Shown here: positions 17,875-25,750 of the stretch, piece by piece
How positions within the stretch are numbered: position 1 is the first letter of the stretch
How the letters are laid out: each line of letters opens with the position of its first letter
Source of the DNA: Rickettsiales bacterium
GTDB lineage: Bacteria; Pseudomonadota; Alphaproteobacteria; Rickettsiales; UBA1997
Length of the DNA: 49,205 bases
Assembly: GCA_033763375.1 (NCBI GenBank)
Contig: JANRKR010000008.1
Coordinates: 1 to 49,205, forward strand
Reading direction: 5' to 3'
The notes under the pieces: generated by a model
What the model saw: the letters and a program-made list of their open reading frames with translations, nothing else
What the model was told of the DNA's origin: nothing
Database searches by the model: none
Position numbers and translations under genes: made by a program

Positions 17875-18305
17875 AAAAATTTCCCCTCAATTCGTCACTC
17901 ACAAAAAGTGGAACAACAGAACCTCATCACTCACGAGGAGCGTGAAACACGACGTGGCATTCTTGTTAAATCGAGGATAAACTCGCGTCACTGAAGCTTC
18001 TCGTAATAACAAAAAACAACCCTAAAAAAATCTCTCATTCCAAACTAAAAATTAATTGACTTTATTTTATTAAAATCTTTTTTGGTTTTTTTGAAAAAAT
18101 AATTTGAATTGAAAGGTGAGAAATTTTTGTAAAGATTTTTTATTTACAAATAAAAAATTGTTCTTACTTTGCGCGCTCTTTTTTAAAAAATTGCGTTTGG
18201 ATAATTAGCTACAAACCCAACAAAAACAAGGTTTTGCAGACTTTAATCTAAACAAAAATTAAGTCTTTTACTCTTTTACTTAATTTTAACCTTTCAAACA
18301 AAGAA
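17875..18305 (+). promoter_or_regulatory. Long 5' leader of the ornithine decarboxylase gene with a GC-rich structured island (17881-18010); candidate speF-type RNA element
   Basis: There is no ATG on the + strand anywhere in 17745-18305, while CAT (the minus-strand ATG) occurs 5 times. The island contains small hairpins CCTC-N9-GAGG, CGTG-AAA-CACG and CGAG-N6-CTCG, plus three (T/A/G)C(G/A)TCACT repeats. Confidence 0.35.
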
Positions 18306-19652
18306 ATGGAACCAGAGCAAGAATATGACGGGGCGGTGAACTCGAAAATTCACTATCTTTTTGCTAACAAAAAAAACAGCCAAAAAATCAACAAGGCACA
18401 GAAATCTGAAAATTCTGCTCAGAAAAATTCAAGCACAAAAAATTTAAGCACAGTTGTTAAAGAAGTTAAAAAATTAAAGCCAACTATCCCAGTTTATTTC
18501 ATTCGTCCAAATTCTATCAAGCGCGCTGTAAAGTTTTTTATTGAAAATTTTCAAAACAAAAAATTTGGCAATGATATTCTTTATTCAGTAAAAAGTAATC
18601 CTGACATTGAAGTTCTTAAACATCTTTTCGCTTCTGGAATTAAGCATTTCGACGTTGCTTCTCTTGATGAAATAAAATTGATTAACGAACTTTTCGGTAA
18701 TGCCGCCAAAATGTATTTCATGCATCCAATCAAATCGCGTGAAGCAATTTTTGCTGCTTACTTTGATTATGGAATTCGCGACTTTTCTTTCGATTCTTCT
18801 GACGAATTAACTAAAATTTTAAAAGTTACTAACAACGCCAAAGATCTTGGTTTGCATTTGCGTCTTGCAATTCCTAATTCGCACGCCGCTATTGATCTAT
18901 CAAGCAAGTTTGGCATCTTGCCAAGTGAAGCAACTTCACTAATTAGAAAAGCTCGAACTGTAGCAAAAAAATTTGGCATTTGTTTCCATGTTGGTTCACA
19001 ATGTATGGATCCAATTGAATATCGCAACGCACTGACCATTACCAAAGAAGTTTTGCAACAAGCCAAGGTTGCGGTTGATGTAATTGACATTGGCGGCGGC
19101 TTTCCTTCATCTTATCCGGGAATGACTCCGCCAGATTTGCGCTGTTATTTTGATGAAATTTTTGATGCCATAAATCATCTTGGTTTCAAAGATTGTAAAA
19201 TTTGGTGTGAACCTGGACGCGCTTTGGTTGCAGAAGCTGGTTCACTTTTGGTTCGCGTTGAAGGCAAGAAAAAAGCCATGCTTTACTTAAATGATGGAAC
19301 TTATGGCGGCTTATTTGACGCTGGGTTTCCTGGTTTTATTTATCCAACCAAAGTTGTTCGCATCAAAAATAAAGAAGCGCTTTCAACAACAAAAATACCG
19401 TTTGGGTTTTTTGGTCCAACCTGCGATTCGCTTGACGTTATGAAAGGTCCATTCTACTTGCCAGAAAATATTTCTGAAGGTGACTACATTGAAATTGGTC
19501 AACTTGGCGCTTACAGCCGCAGCATCAGAACTAACTTTAACGGCTTTAATCAAAATCTGCAAATTGAAGTTGCTGACGAACCTTTAGTTTCAATGTATAA
19601 AGAAATCGAGGAACAGTCTGACGAGCAAAAAGAAGAATTGGCCTTGTTCTAG
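18306..19652 (+). CDS. Ornithine decarboxylase-type PLP decarboxylase (alanine-racemase fold, Orn/DAP/Arg decarboxylase family 2)
   Basis: 448 aa with the PLP lysine in YSVKSNP, plus IGGGFP, EPGRALVA and GPTCDSLD blocks like eukaryote-type ODC. It has a low-complexity N-terminal extension of about 60 aa. Confidence 0.85.
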   Translation: MEPEQEYDGAVNSKIHYLFANKKNSQKINKAQKSENSAQKNSSTKNLSTVVKEVKKLKPTIPVYFIRPNSIKRAVKFFIENFQNKKFGNDILYSVKSNPDIEVLKHLFASGIKHFDVASLDEIKLINELFGNAAKMYFMHPIKSREAIFAAYFDYGIRDFSFDSSDELTKILKVTNNAKDLGLHLRLAIPNSHAAIDLSSKFGILPSEATSLIRKARTVAKKFGICFHVGSQCMDPIEYRNALTITKEVLQQAKVAVDVIDIGGGFPSSYPGMTPPDLRCYFDEIFDAINHLGFKDCKIWCEPGRALVAEAGSLLVRVEGKKKAMLYLNDGTYGGLFDAGFPGFIYPTKVVRIKNKEALSTTKIPFGFFGPTCDSLDVMKGPFYLPENISEGDYIEIGQLGAYSRSIRTNFNGFNQNLQIEVADEPLVSMYKEIEEQSDEQKEELALF

Positions 19653-19670
19653 AGCCCGTTTTCAAGCCTG
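19649..19670. repeat. Family B solo copy CTAGAGCCCGTTTTCAAGCCTG containing the ODC TAG stop
   Basis: The stop codon at 19650-19652 is the TAG of the repeat head. Confidence 0.85.
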
Positions 19671-19704
19671 TAAATAAATTTTCATAAACACAAAAAATTT
19701 TAAA

Positions 19705-20724
19705 ATGGTTACAAAAAAAGAATTGCTGACGCGTCAAGTAAAACATATCGACATCACATCATTTGATGCACGCCCAATCATCAATCAAATGGATCACATG
19801 TCTTTTACGTCACGTGATTTAGCGCGTGCGACTGCAATTTTTAACATGATGCTAAAAGATAAATCATGTTCAAATATTTTAACACTTGCCGGATCAACCT
19901 CCGCCGGCGGCTGTATGAAAGTTTATGCCGACATGATTAAATTTGGCATGATTGATGCCATCGTGGCAACTGGCGCTTCAATTGTGGATATGGATTTTTT
20001 TGAAGCCTTAGGTTTTAAACATTATCAAGGCACACCCTTTATTGACGATAAATTTTTGCGTAAAAATTATATCGATCGCATTTACGATACTTACATCGAT
20101 GAAAAAGATTTGCAAAATTGTGATCACACTATTTTTAAAATTGCTAACGCTTTAGAACCTCGCGCTTATTCATCGCGCGAATTTATTTGGGAAATGGGAA
20201 AATTTCTTAAAAAACATTCTAAGAAAAAAGATTCGCTAATTGAATTGGCTTATGATCACAACGTGCCAATTTTTTGCCCAGCTTTCACTGATTCTTCTGC
20301 TGGCTTTGGCTTGGTTTTACATCAAGTCAAAAATCCAAAATTACATTTAACAATCGATTCGATTGCTGATTTTAAAGAATTAACCGACATTAAAATTAAA
20401 GCTGGAACAACAGGATTATTAATGATTGGCGGCGGCGTTCCAAAAAATTTCGTCCAAGACACCGTAGTTTGCGCTGAGATTTTAGGCAAAGAAGTTGATA
20501 TGCATAAATATGCTATTCAAATTACGGTTGCTGATTCGCGCGATGGCGCTTGTTCTTCTTCCACTCTTAAAGAAGCTTGCTCATGGGGAAAAGTTGATAC
20601 CACTTTTGAACAAATGGTTTTTGCTGAAGCAACTTCGGTAATTCCGCTTTTAGCTTCTGACGCTTATCATCGCGGCTTTTGGAAAAATCGTAAACGCCGC
20701 AATTTTGCTAAAATGTTTGCTTAA
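19705..20724 (+). CDS. Deoxyhypusine synthase-like protein (possible homospermidine synthase activity)
   Basis: 339 aa with LAGSTSAGG, IVATGASIVDMDFFEALG, IGGGVPKNF and SWGK blocks characteristic of the DHS family. Confidence 0.8.
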   Translation: MVTKKELLTRQVKHIDITSFDARPIINQMDHMSFTSRDLARATAIFNMMLKDKSCSNILTLAGSTSAGGCMKVYADMIKFGMIDAIVATGASIVDMDFFEALGFKHYQGTPFIDDKFLRKNYIDRIYDTYIDEKDLQNCDHTIFKIANALEPRAYSSREFIWEMGKFLKKHSKKKDSLIELAYDHNVPIFCPAFTDSSAGFGLVLHQVKNPKLHLTIDSIADFKELTDIKIKAGTTGLLMIGGGVPKNFVQDTVVCAEILGKEVDMHKYAIQITVADSRDGACSSSTLKEACSWGKVDTTFEQMVFAEATSVIPLLASDAYHRGFWKNRKRRNFAKMFA

Positions 20725-20732
20725 CTTGATCA

Positions 20733-20896
20733 TATAGCATATCCCGAAATAATTGACACTTTTAAACCGCAGAATTTTGATAAAAATTTGCTCGAAAAAT
20801 AACGCCGTATTGTCTGATACAGCTTATATTTTTTGTCGCAATTTTTCCCTAAAATTTATTTGTTTAAAAGCACCAATTATTTCGGGATATGCTATA
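20733..20896. repeat. Family C MITE-like element: 23-bp perfect terminal inverted repeats TATAGCATATCCCGAAATAATTG / CAATTATTTCGGGATATGCTATA
   Basis: The arms lie at 20733-20755 and 20874-20896. The right end forms TGCTATAAT (20890-20898), which is a perfect extended -10 sequence. Confidence 0.9.
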
Positions 20897-20899
20897 ATC

Positions 20900-20922
20900 A
20901 AATTCAAACCATGTTTGAATTT
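20900..20922. repeat. Family D hairpin AAATTCAAAC-CAT-GTTTGAATTT
   Basis: A 10-bp stem is preceded by TAATCAAATTCAAAC, which is identical to the sequence at the birA stop. It lies 15 nt from the 3' end of the minus-strand BolA-like gene. Confidence 0.8.
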
Positions 20923-20937
20923 TGGTATAAGATTTTC

Positions 20938-21189
20938 TTAGGTTTTTATCTTAATCTCCAGCGCGTGTAAGCCATTTTCAAACTCGTTTTTTAATAGCTG
21001 ATTAATTTTGCGATGTGCTGCTATCAAACTTAAGTTCTTCAATTGCTGCGATTCAATCACAATAGAGAAATGCGTTTCGCCACTTTCTTCGCTTTCAAAA
21101 TGTCCTAGATGTAATTGTGAATTATTTTTAATTTCTAAAAACTGCGGCTGTAGATTTTTTTTAAGAGCTTTTTCAATCCTTTGCTTCAT
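20938..21189 (-). CDS. BolA/IbaG-family protein
   Basis: 83 aa with the ...LEIKNNSQLHLGH......ETHFSIVIES..F...S.I..HR.I... pattern of the BolA family. Confidence 0.7.
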   Translation of the reverse strand: MKQRIEKALKKNLQPQFLEIKNNSQLHLGHFESEESGETHFSIVIESQQLKNLSLIAAHRKINQLLKNEFENGLHALEIKIKT

Positions 21190-21202
21190 GTTAATAAATC
21201 TG

Positions 21203-21217
21203 TTAATAAATTGTTAA
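21203..21217. promoter_or_regulatory. CtrA-type box TTAATAAATTGTTAA (TTAA-N7-TTAA)
   Basis: It matches the half-site spacing exactly. It is the only full site I found in the spacer, and a chance occurrence in AT-rich DNA is plausible. Confidence 0.25.
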
Positions 21218-21278
21218 AAAATACTAAGTTATTAACTGAATTAAATTTAAGCAAAAATTTATCAAATTCTTTAACATT

Positions 21279-21287
21279 TTTTCCACA
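21279..21287. promoter_or_regulatory. DnaA-box-like 9-mer TTTTCCACA
   Basis: It has one mismatch to TTATCCACA. There is a single copy. Confidence 0.25.
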
Positions 21288-21449
21288 GCTTTTCTAGTTG
21301 TTAAAAAAAATTCTTATAAATTTTTTAATTGTTAATAACTTTATAAAGCCTTTACTAGCAAGACTTTATAAATTTTTAGCTGTTAACAAAATTGTGAAAT
21401 AATTTTAATAAAAAAACTCACAAGACTAATATATTTATCAAATATTTAA

Positions 21450-22487
21450 ATGAATAAATTAATTGATACTTTAATCAAAAAAGAAAATTTTTCTCAGCCG
21501 CCAATTTGGATAATGCGTCAAGCAGGAAGATATTTGCCGGAATACTTAGAAATTAGGCGCGATGTAAAAAATTTTTTAGATCTTTGTTATAATCCAGAGC
21601 TAGCTTGCGAAGTTACATTACAACCAATTCGTAGATTTGATTTTGATGCTGCAATTATTTTTTCAGACATTTTAGTAATTCCTGACGCGCTTGGCGTTAA
21701 AGTTGATTTTGTTAAAAATGAAGGTCCGAAATTAAAAAAAATTTCCAATATTTCTGATTTAAAAAAACTAAAAGTTAATAATATTAAATCGCATTTAAAG
21801 CCGGTTTTTGAGGCGATAGAATTAACCAAATCGAAATTAAGTAATGAAAAAGCTTTAATCGGATTTTCTGGCGCACCTTGGACTTTAGCTTGTTATATGA
21901 TTGAAGGTGGAAGTTCAAAAAATTTTGATTCAGTCAGACAAAAAGCAATAAATTATGAAGAATTTTTTTTACAGCTAATTGAAATTTTGACTGAAAGTAT
22001 AATTCAATATTTATCACAGCAAATTAAAGCTGGAGCAAATGTAGTAAAATTATTTGATTCTTGGGCAGGAATTTTACCGCCTCAACAATTGAAAAAATGG
22101 GTGATTGAACCAACCAAAAAAATTGTTACTGAAATAAAAAAACTTCATCCCAATATTCCAATAATTTGTTTTCCGCGCGGCATTGGTGTTAATTATAAAG
22201 AATTTGCCGCAGCAGTTGATTGTCATGGTTTAGCGCTTGATCAGAATTTAGAAAAAAATTGGGCTAAGAAAAATTTACAAGAAAATTTAGGTAAAGTTAT
22301 TCAGGGAAATTTAGATAATTTTTTATTAGCTTTTGGTTCGAAAAAAGAAATTGAAGAAGAAGTTTTAAATATTTTAGAAACCTTTAATGACAAACCTTTT
22401 ATTTTTAATTTAGGTCATGGAATTTTGCCGCAAACGCCAATTGAAAATGTTGAATTGCTGATGAATTTAGTAAGAAAAAATTTATAA
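21450..22487 (+). CDS. hemE: Uroporphyrinogen decarboxylase
   Basis: 345 aa with N-terminal PPIWIMRQAGRYLPEY, IIFSDILVIPDALG and C-terminal FNLGHGILPQTP. Confidence 0.9.
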   Translation: MNKLIDTLIKKENFSQPPIWIMRQAGRYLPEYLEIRRDVKNFLDLCYNPELACEVTLQPIRRFDFDAAIIFSDILVIPDALGVKVDFVKNEGPKLKKISNISDLKKLKVNNIKSHLKPVFEAIELTKSKLSNEKALIGFSGAPWTLACYMIEGGSSKNFDSVRQKAINYEEFFLQLIEILTESIIQYLSQQIKAGANVVKLFDSWAGILPPQQLKKWVIEPTKKIVTEIKKLHPNIPIICFPRGIGVNYKEFAAAVDCHGLALDQNLEKNWAKKNLQENLGKVIQGNLDNFLLAFGSKKEIEEEVLNILETFNDKPFIFNLGHGILPQTPIENVELLMNLVRKNL

Positions 22488-22517
22488 TTTTTAAGAATTT
22501 TAAGAAGCGGAATCTTT

Positions 22518-22561
22518 TAGAGTCTGCTTTCAAAACTAATTAGACTTGAAAACAGACTCTA
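22518..22561. terminator. Family B inverted pair forming a ~16-bp hairpin between convergent hemE and the nucleotidyltransferase gene
   Basis: TAGAGTCTGCTTTCAA lies at 22518-22533 and TTGAAAACAGACTCTA at 22546-22561, with one mismatch. The right arm lies inside the last 8 codons of the minus-strand gene. Confidence 0.5.
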
Positions 22562-23297
22562 ATATTTTTTCAGTTGTTGCAATGGCTTCAACAGTTCCAA
22601 TGTGAAAATACTTTCCTTTAAGTTCAACGCCACCAACGCGATGCAGCATTCCACTTTCGCCAATTGCTGATTTATAAAAATGTGACATGGAAAAGCAATT
22701 TTGAGAAATTTCGTTTTTAGCGTTTAGTAAAATTTTTGGATTTATAATTTGTAGACCAACATAAACATGGCTTAAAGCTTGATTAGGAAAGCGAAAAAGT
22801 TTGCCGGCGCTAAAATCAAAGTCGCCACCGCCGTTAGAATTTCCATCGTAACCAATATAATCTTCGGTTTTTTTTAATCCTAAAAGAATATCATGTTCTT
22901 TTGATTCCCAGCTTTCGCTGATTAATTCAATATCGGAAGTGATTGATTTTTCCTGCCATAAAATATCGCCATTGACAGTTAAAAGTGGTTTATTGATATC
23001 GATTTTATCCAGAGCAAATAAAAGTCCGCCGCCAGTTTCAACTTTTTCAACTTCGCGAGAAAAAATAATTTTCGGATTATTTAATTTTTTAAGATGTTTT
23101 TCAATCTCATCTGCCAAATAAAAACCATTAACAATAATTTTTTTAATAGTGGAAATCTGATTCAATTTTTCGATAGTATAATCGATAATTGCCTTATTTT
23201 TTATTTTAACCAGAGGCTTGGGAATTTTATCCGTAATTGGTCGCATGCGCTCGCCGCGACCAGCAGCAAAAATAAAAGCTTGGGTAATTTTGGTCAT
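22536..23297 (-). CDS. Sugar-phosphate nucleotidyltransferase (MurU/GlmU-N-like NTP-transferase family)
   Basis: 253 aa with the N-terminal AFIFAAGRGERMRPITDKIPKPLV signature of NTP-transferase enzymes. Confidence 0.7.
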   Translation of the reverse strand: MTKITQAFIFAAGRGERMRPITDKIPKPLVKIKNKAIIDYTIEKLNQISTIKKIIVNGFYLADEIEKHLKKLNNPKIIFSREVEKVETGGGLLFALDKIDINKPLLTVNGDILWQEKSITSDIELISESWESKEHDILLGLKKTEDYIGYDGNSNGGGDFDFSAGKLFRFPNQALSHVYVGLQIINPKILLNAKNEISQNCFSMSHFYKSAIGESGMLHRVGGVELKGKYFHIGTVEAIATTEKILESVFKSN

Positions 23298-23313
23298 TAT
23301 TATGAAATGAAAT

Positions 23314-24186
23314 TTAATTAATATCTAAACCAATATCAACCGCTGCCGCTGAATGAGTCAAAGAACCAATCGAAATAAAATCAATATCAAGATTACGAAA
23401 GTTTTTGATGTTTTTCAAATTAATGCCGCCAGAAATTTCAATAAGAATTTCTTTAGAAGTGCTGCGAATTAATTTTGTACATTTTTCAATTTGTTTCGGA
23501 TTCATATTATCAAGCATAATGACATCAGGCTTTGAATTTACTGCTTTTACAACCTGATCAAAATTATCGCATTCAATTTCAATTTTTAACTTTTTACTTT
23601 TTTTTGCAGCTAGAATTGCTTTTGTAATATCTTTTGCAGCAGCAATATGATTATCTTTAATTAAAATCATATCAGACAAATTAAAGCGATGATTTTTTCC
23701 GCCGCCAATCAAGACCGCTTGTTTTTGTAGGGCGCGCAATCCTGGTAAAGTTTTTCTGGTATCAAGAATTTTGATTTTTTTGTTATTTAAAATTTTAACG
23801 AATTGATTGGTTAAAGTAGCAATTCCGCTTAAATGTTGTAGTAAATTCAGAATCACGCGCTCGGCAGCAAAAATTAATTTAGCATCACCAAAGCCTTTAA
23901 CAATTGCTTCTCCAGCTTTTATTTTATCACCATCTTTGGCGCTAAACTGCAAACCTAAAAAAATATTTTTGAATTTTTTTAATTTAGTTAAGTGATCAAA
24001 ACAAATTTGAACTGCATTGACGCCGCATAAAATAATTTCTTGGCGCGCAACAATTTTAAAATAAATATTAGAATTTTTTTTAACGATTAAATCAGAAGTG
24101 ATATCGTTTTGAGCTTTGTCTTCTATAAGCGCAAGCTTACAAATTTTTTTTAATTCTTGATCAAATTTTATAAGTTTTTTGGACAT
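23314..24186 (-). CDS. nadC: Nicotinate-nucleotide pyrophosphorylase (carboxylating)
   Basis: 290 aa with ILDTRKTLPGLR, GGGKNHRFNLSD, IMLDNM and EISGGIN blocks typical of NadC. Confidence 0.85.
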   Translation of the reverse strand: MSKKLIKFDQELKKICKLALIEDKAQNDITSDLIVKKNSNIYFKIVARQEIILCGVNAVQICFDHLTKLKKFKNIFLGLQFSAKDGDKIKAGEAIVKGFGDAKLIFAAERVILNLLQHLSGIATLTNQFVKILNNKKIKILDTRKTLPGLRALQKQAVLIGGGKNHRFNLSDMILIKDNHIAAAKDITKAILAAKKSKKLKIEIECDNFDQVVKAVNSKPDVIMLDNMNPKQIEKCTKLIRSTSKEILIEISGGINLKNIKNFRNLDIDFISIGSLTHSAAAVDIGLDIN

Positions 24187-24941
24187 TTTCTTGGATCAAA
24201 TTTTCCTTCCTGAAGTTTGCGCAGACGATCTTGAATGAAGTGGCGCATAAAATCTATTTCGGTAGCGTCAATTTTGCGAGCGCCATTTTCGCTATCATTG
24301 AGAATTTTTTGGATAACGCTAAAAGCCATGCAGCCATCGCCCATTTCTTCATAAATAAAGGCTGGCATTTGTTTAGTCCATAATGGTGCGTTTACAGCAT
24401 TATTTGTGCTTAATTTATAAGCTAAATCAAGAGCGCGATTAATGTCGCCCAAATTATTTTTAGCAATGTAAATTGCCTGAAAAAGCCACCACCAATTTTT
24501 GTCAATATCAATTGCCGCATGTTCATCAAGATAATCGATAATATATTTTGTGTCTTGGTGATTTTGAGTTTGCGAATAAATGTAAGCTGCTAAAGCTGGA
24601 GTGAAATTTGATTCTGAATTAAGTTGATCTAGGGCTTTCAGCCAATGATAAATTCGCGAGTAATCATATTTTTTTAGCGCGACAAAGCCAGCAAAAACAT
24701 CGCCAGAATTTTGCAGACGCGCTGCTAAAATTCGAAATAAAAATTCTTTATCGCCAAGAGAAGCGGCAGAAATTAAATATTGGCTTGGAGCAGGCGGAAC
24801 AATGTCAAACGGTGCTTTGGTTTTTTCAGTTTTATGCCAAAAAAAGATTTGCAAGCTAAAGAAAAAAATAAAAAGCCAGAAGAAAATTTTATGAGTATAA
24901 AGATGATAAAAAAAGCGGGAATTTTGCCAAAAAGAAGTCAT
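24168..24941 (-). CDS. Hypothetical membrane-anchored helix-rich protein
   Basis: 257 aa with one N-terminal hydrophobic helix (IFFWLFIFFFSLQIFFW), then a W/Y/L-rich, probably helical-repeat domain. It starts 6 nt after the upstream gene and overlaps nadC by 19 nt. Confidence 0.55.
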   Translation of the reverse strand: MTSFWQNSRFFYHLYTHKIFFWLFIFFFSLQIFFWHKTEKTKAPFDIVPPAPSQYLISAASLGDKEFLFRILAARLQNSGDVFAGFVALKKYDYSRIYHWLKALDQLNSESNFTPALAAYIYSQTQNHQDTKYIIDYLDEHAAIDIDKNWWWLFQAIYIAKNNLGDINRALDLAYKLSTNNAVNAPLWTKQMPAFIYEEMGDGCMAFSVIQKILNDSENGARKIDATEIDFMRHFIQDRLRKLQEGKFDPRKCPKNL

Positions 24942-24947
24942 CGAAAT

Positions 24948-25721
24948 TTAGAACTGTTTCTTTTTAAAATCGTGAAAAGCCATGAAAATCATCAGCGGAA
25001 TATAAATTATCGATTGCCATAAAATAATTTTTAGATTGCTAAAATCTTCAACACCATAATTTAGCCACGAACTTTGACCAAACAAATCAAGGCGCGGAAA
25101 GATTGCGGAAAGAATTTTTAAAACCAAAGCAAAAGAATGGGCTGAGAAATCGAAACTGACATTGGTGATTTTTGCTGGTAAATTTATTGCCATAACAAAC
25201 ATTCCCATCAGGCGCGATATAATGTAAAAACCAAGCGATGCCATTATTGCTGAAAAAGAATTTTTTAAAATCAGCGATGCTAAAAGCGCGAAAGAAATCA
25301 TGATAATTAATTCAGAAAATAAGCTCAGCGACCAAATTAAAAGACCAAATTTATTGGCTTTAGTGATAAATAAAATTGCTACGATCAGTGGAATTGTAAT
25401 TAAAAAAGTAGCGATAAAAAAACCGGCCAAATAGCTAAAAATAAATTGTTGGCGCGAAATAGCTTTGGAAAGAATGAACTCAACTTCTTTATTTTCAAAA
25501 GCGCGATTGATGTTAATGCATACAAATAAAATCATGCCAACTATCAAAACGCCGCGACTTAAGCCACCAATGTAAGCGGTGGTCATTTGGCGTTCTTCAT
25601 TTAAAGCAGTTGAACCTAAAAAAATTGCCAGCGAGAAACTAATAATAAGCGAAATAAAAAGCCCAAGATAAAGACGATCACGAGTTCCACTAAGAAGGAT
25701 ATATTTTAAAATTGAGTTCAT
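24948..25721 (-). CDS. Polytopic membrane protein, ABC-2-type permease-like
   Basis: 257 aa with several hydrophobic spans. It has an ABC-2-like signature after TM1 (NEERQ....ENKEVEFILSKAISRQQFIFSYLAG). No ATPase gene is adjacent. Confidence 0.6.
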   Translation of the reverse strand: MNSILKYILLSGTRDRLYLGLFISLIISFSLAIFLGSTALNEERQMTTAYIGGLSRGVLIVGMILFVCININRAFENKEVEFILSKAISRQQFIFSYLAGFFIATFLITIPLIVAILFITKANKFGLLIWSLSLFSELIIMISFALLASLILKNSFSAIMASLGFYIISRLMGMFVMAINLPAKITNVSFDFSAHSFALVLKILSAIFPRLDLFGQSSWLNYGVEDFSNLKIILWQSIIYIPLMIFMAFHDFKKKQF

Positions 25722-25750
25722 GATATCAGATTTTATTTGCAGCGCTTTTT

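Larger units (their letters stand above)
21190..21449. other. Extremely AT-rich divergent spacer upstream of hemE; candidate chromosomal replication origin
   Basis: By eye it is under 20% G+C. I count nine GTTAA/TTAAC pentamers, a TTAA-N7-TTAA box and a TTTTCCACA box. hemE adjacency matches known alphaproteobacterial origins. Flanking gene orientation does not support an origin. Confidence 0.3.

Noticed and set aside
18116-18208. A possible GTG-initiated 30-codon leader peptide (VRNFCKDFLFTNKKLFLLCALFFKKLRLDN) lies in the ODC leader, by analogy with the speFL arrest peptide of gammaproteobacteria.
   Set aside because: The GTG directly abuts the only purine-rich tract (GAAAGG), leaving no spacer. 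There is no similarity to known arrest peptides, and open frames this short are expected in AT-rich sequence. I kept it only as a remote possibility.
20753-20941. The track lists a 62-aa ORF between the DHS-like and BolA-like genes.
   Set aside because: It lies entirely within the family C MITE-like element and the family D hairpin, has no RBS and has a hydrophobic junk composition.
21190-21449. I considered the spacer as merely a pair of divergent promoters, not an origin.
   Set aside because: I did not fully reject this, and it remains the null hypothesis. The GTTAA enrichment and hemE adjacency justified keeping the oriC idea as a finding, with its contrary evidence stated.
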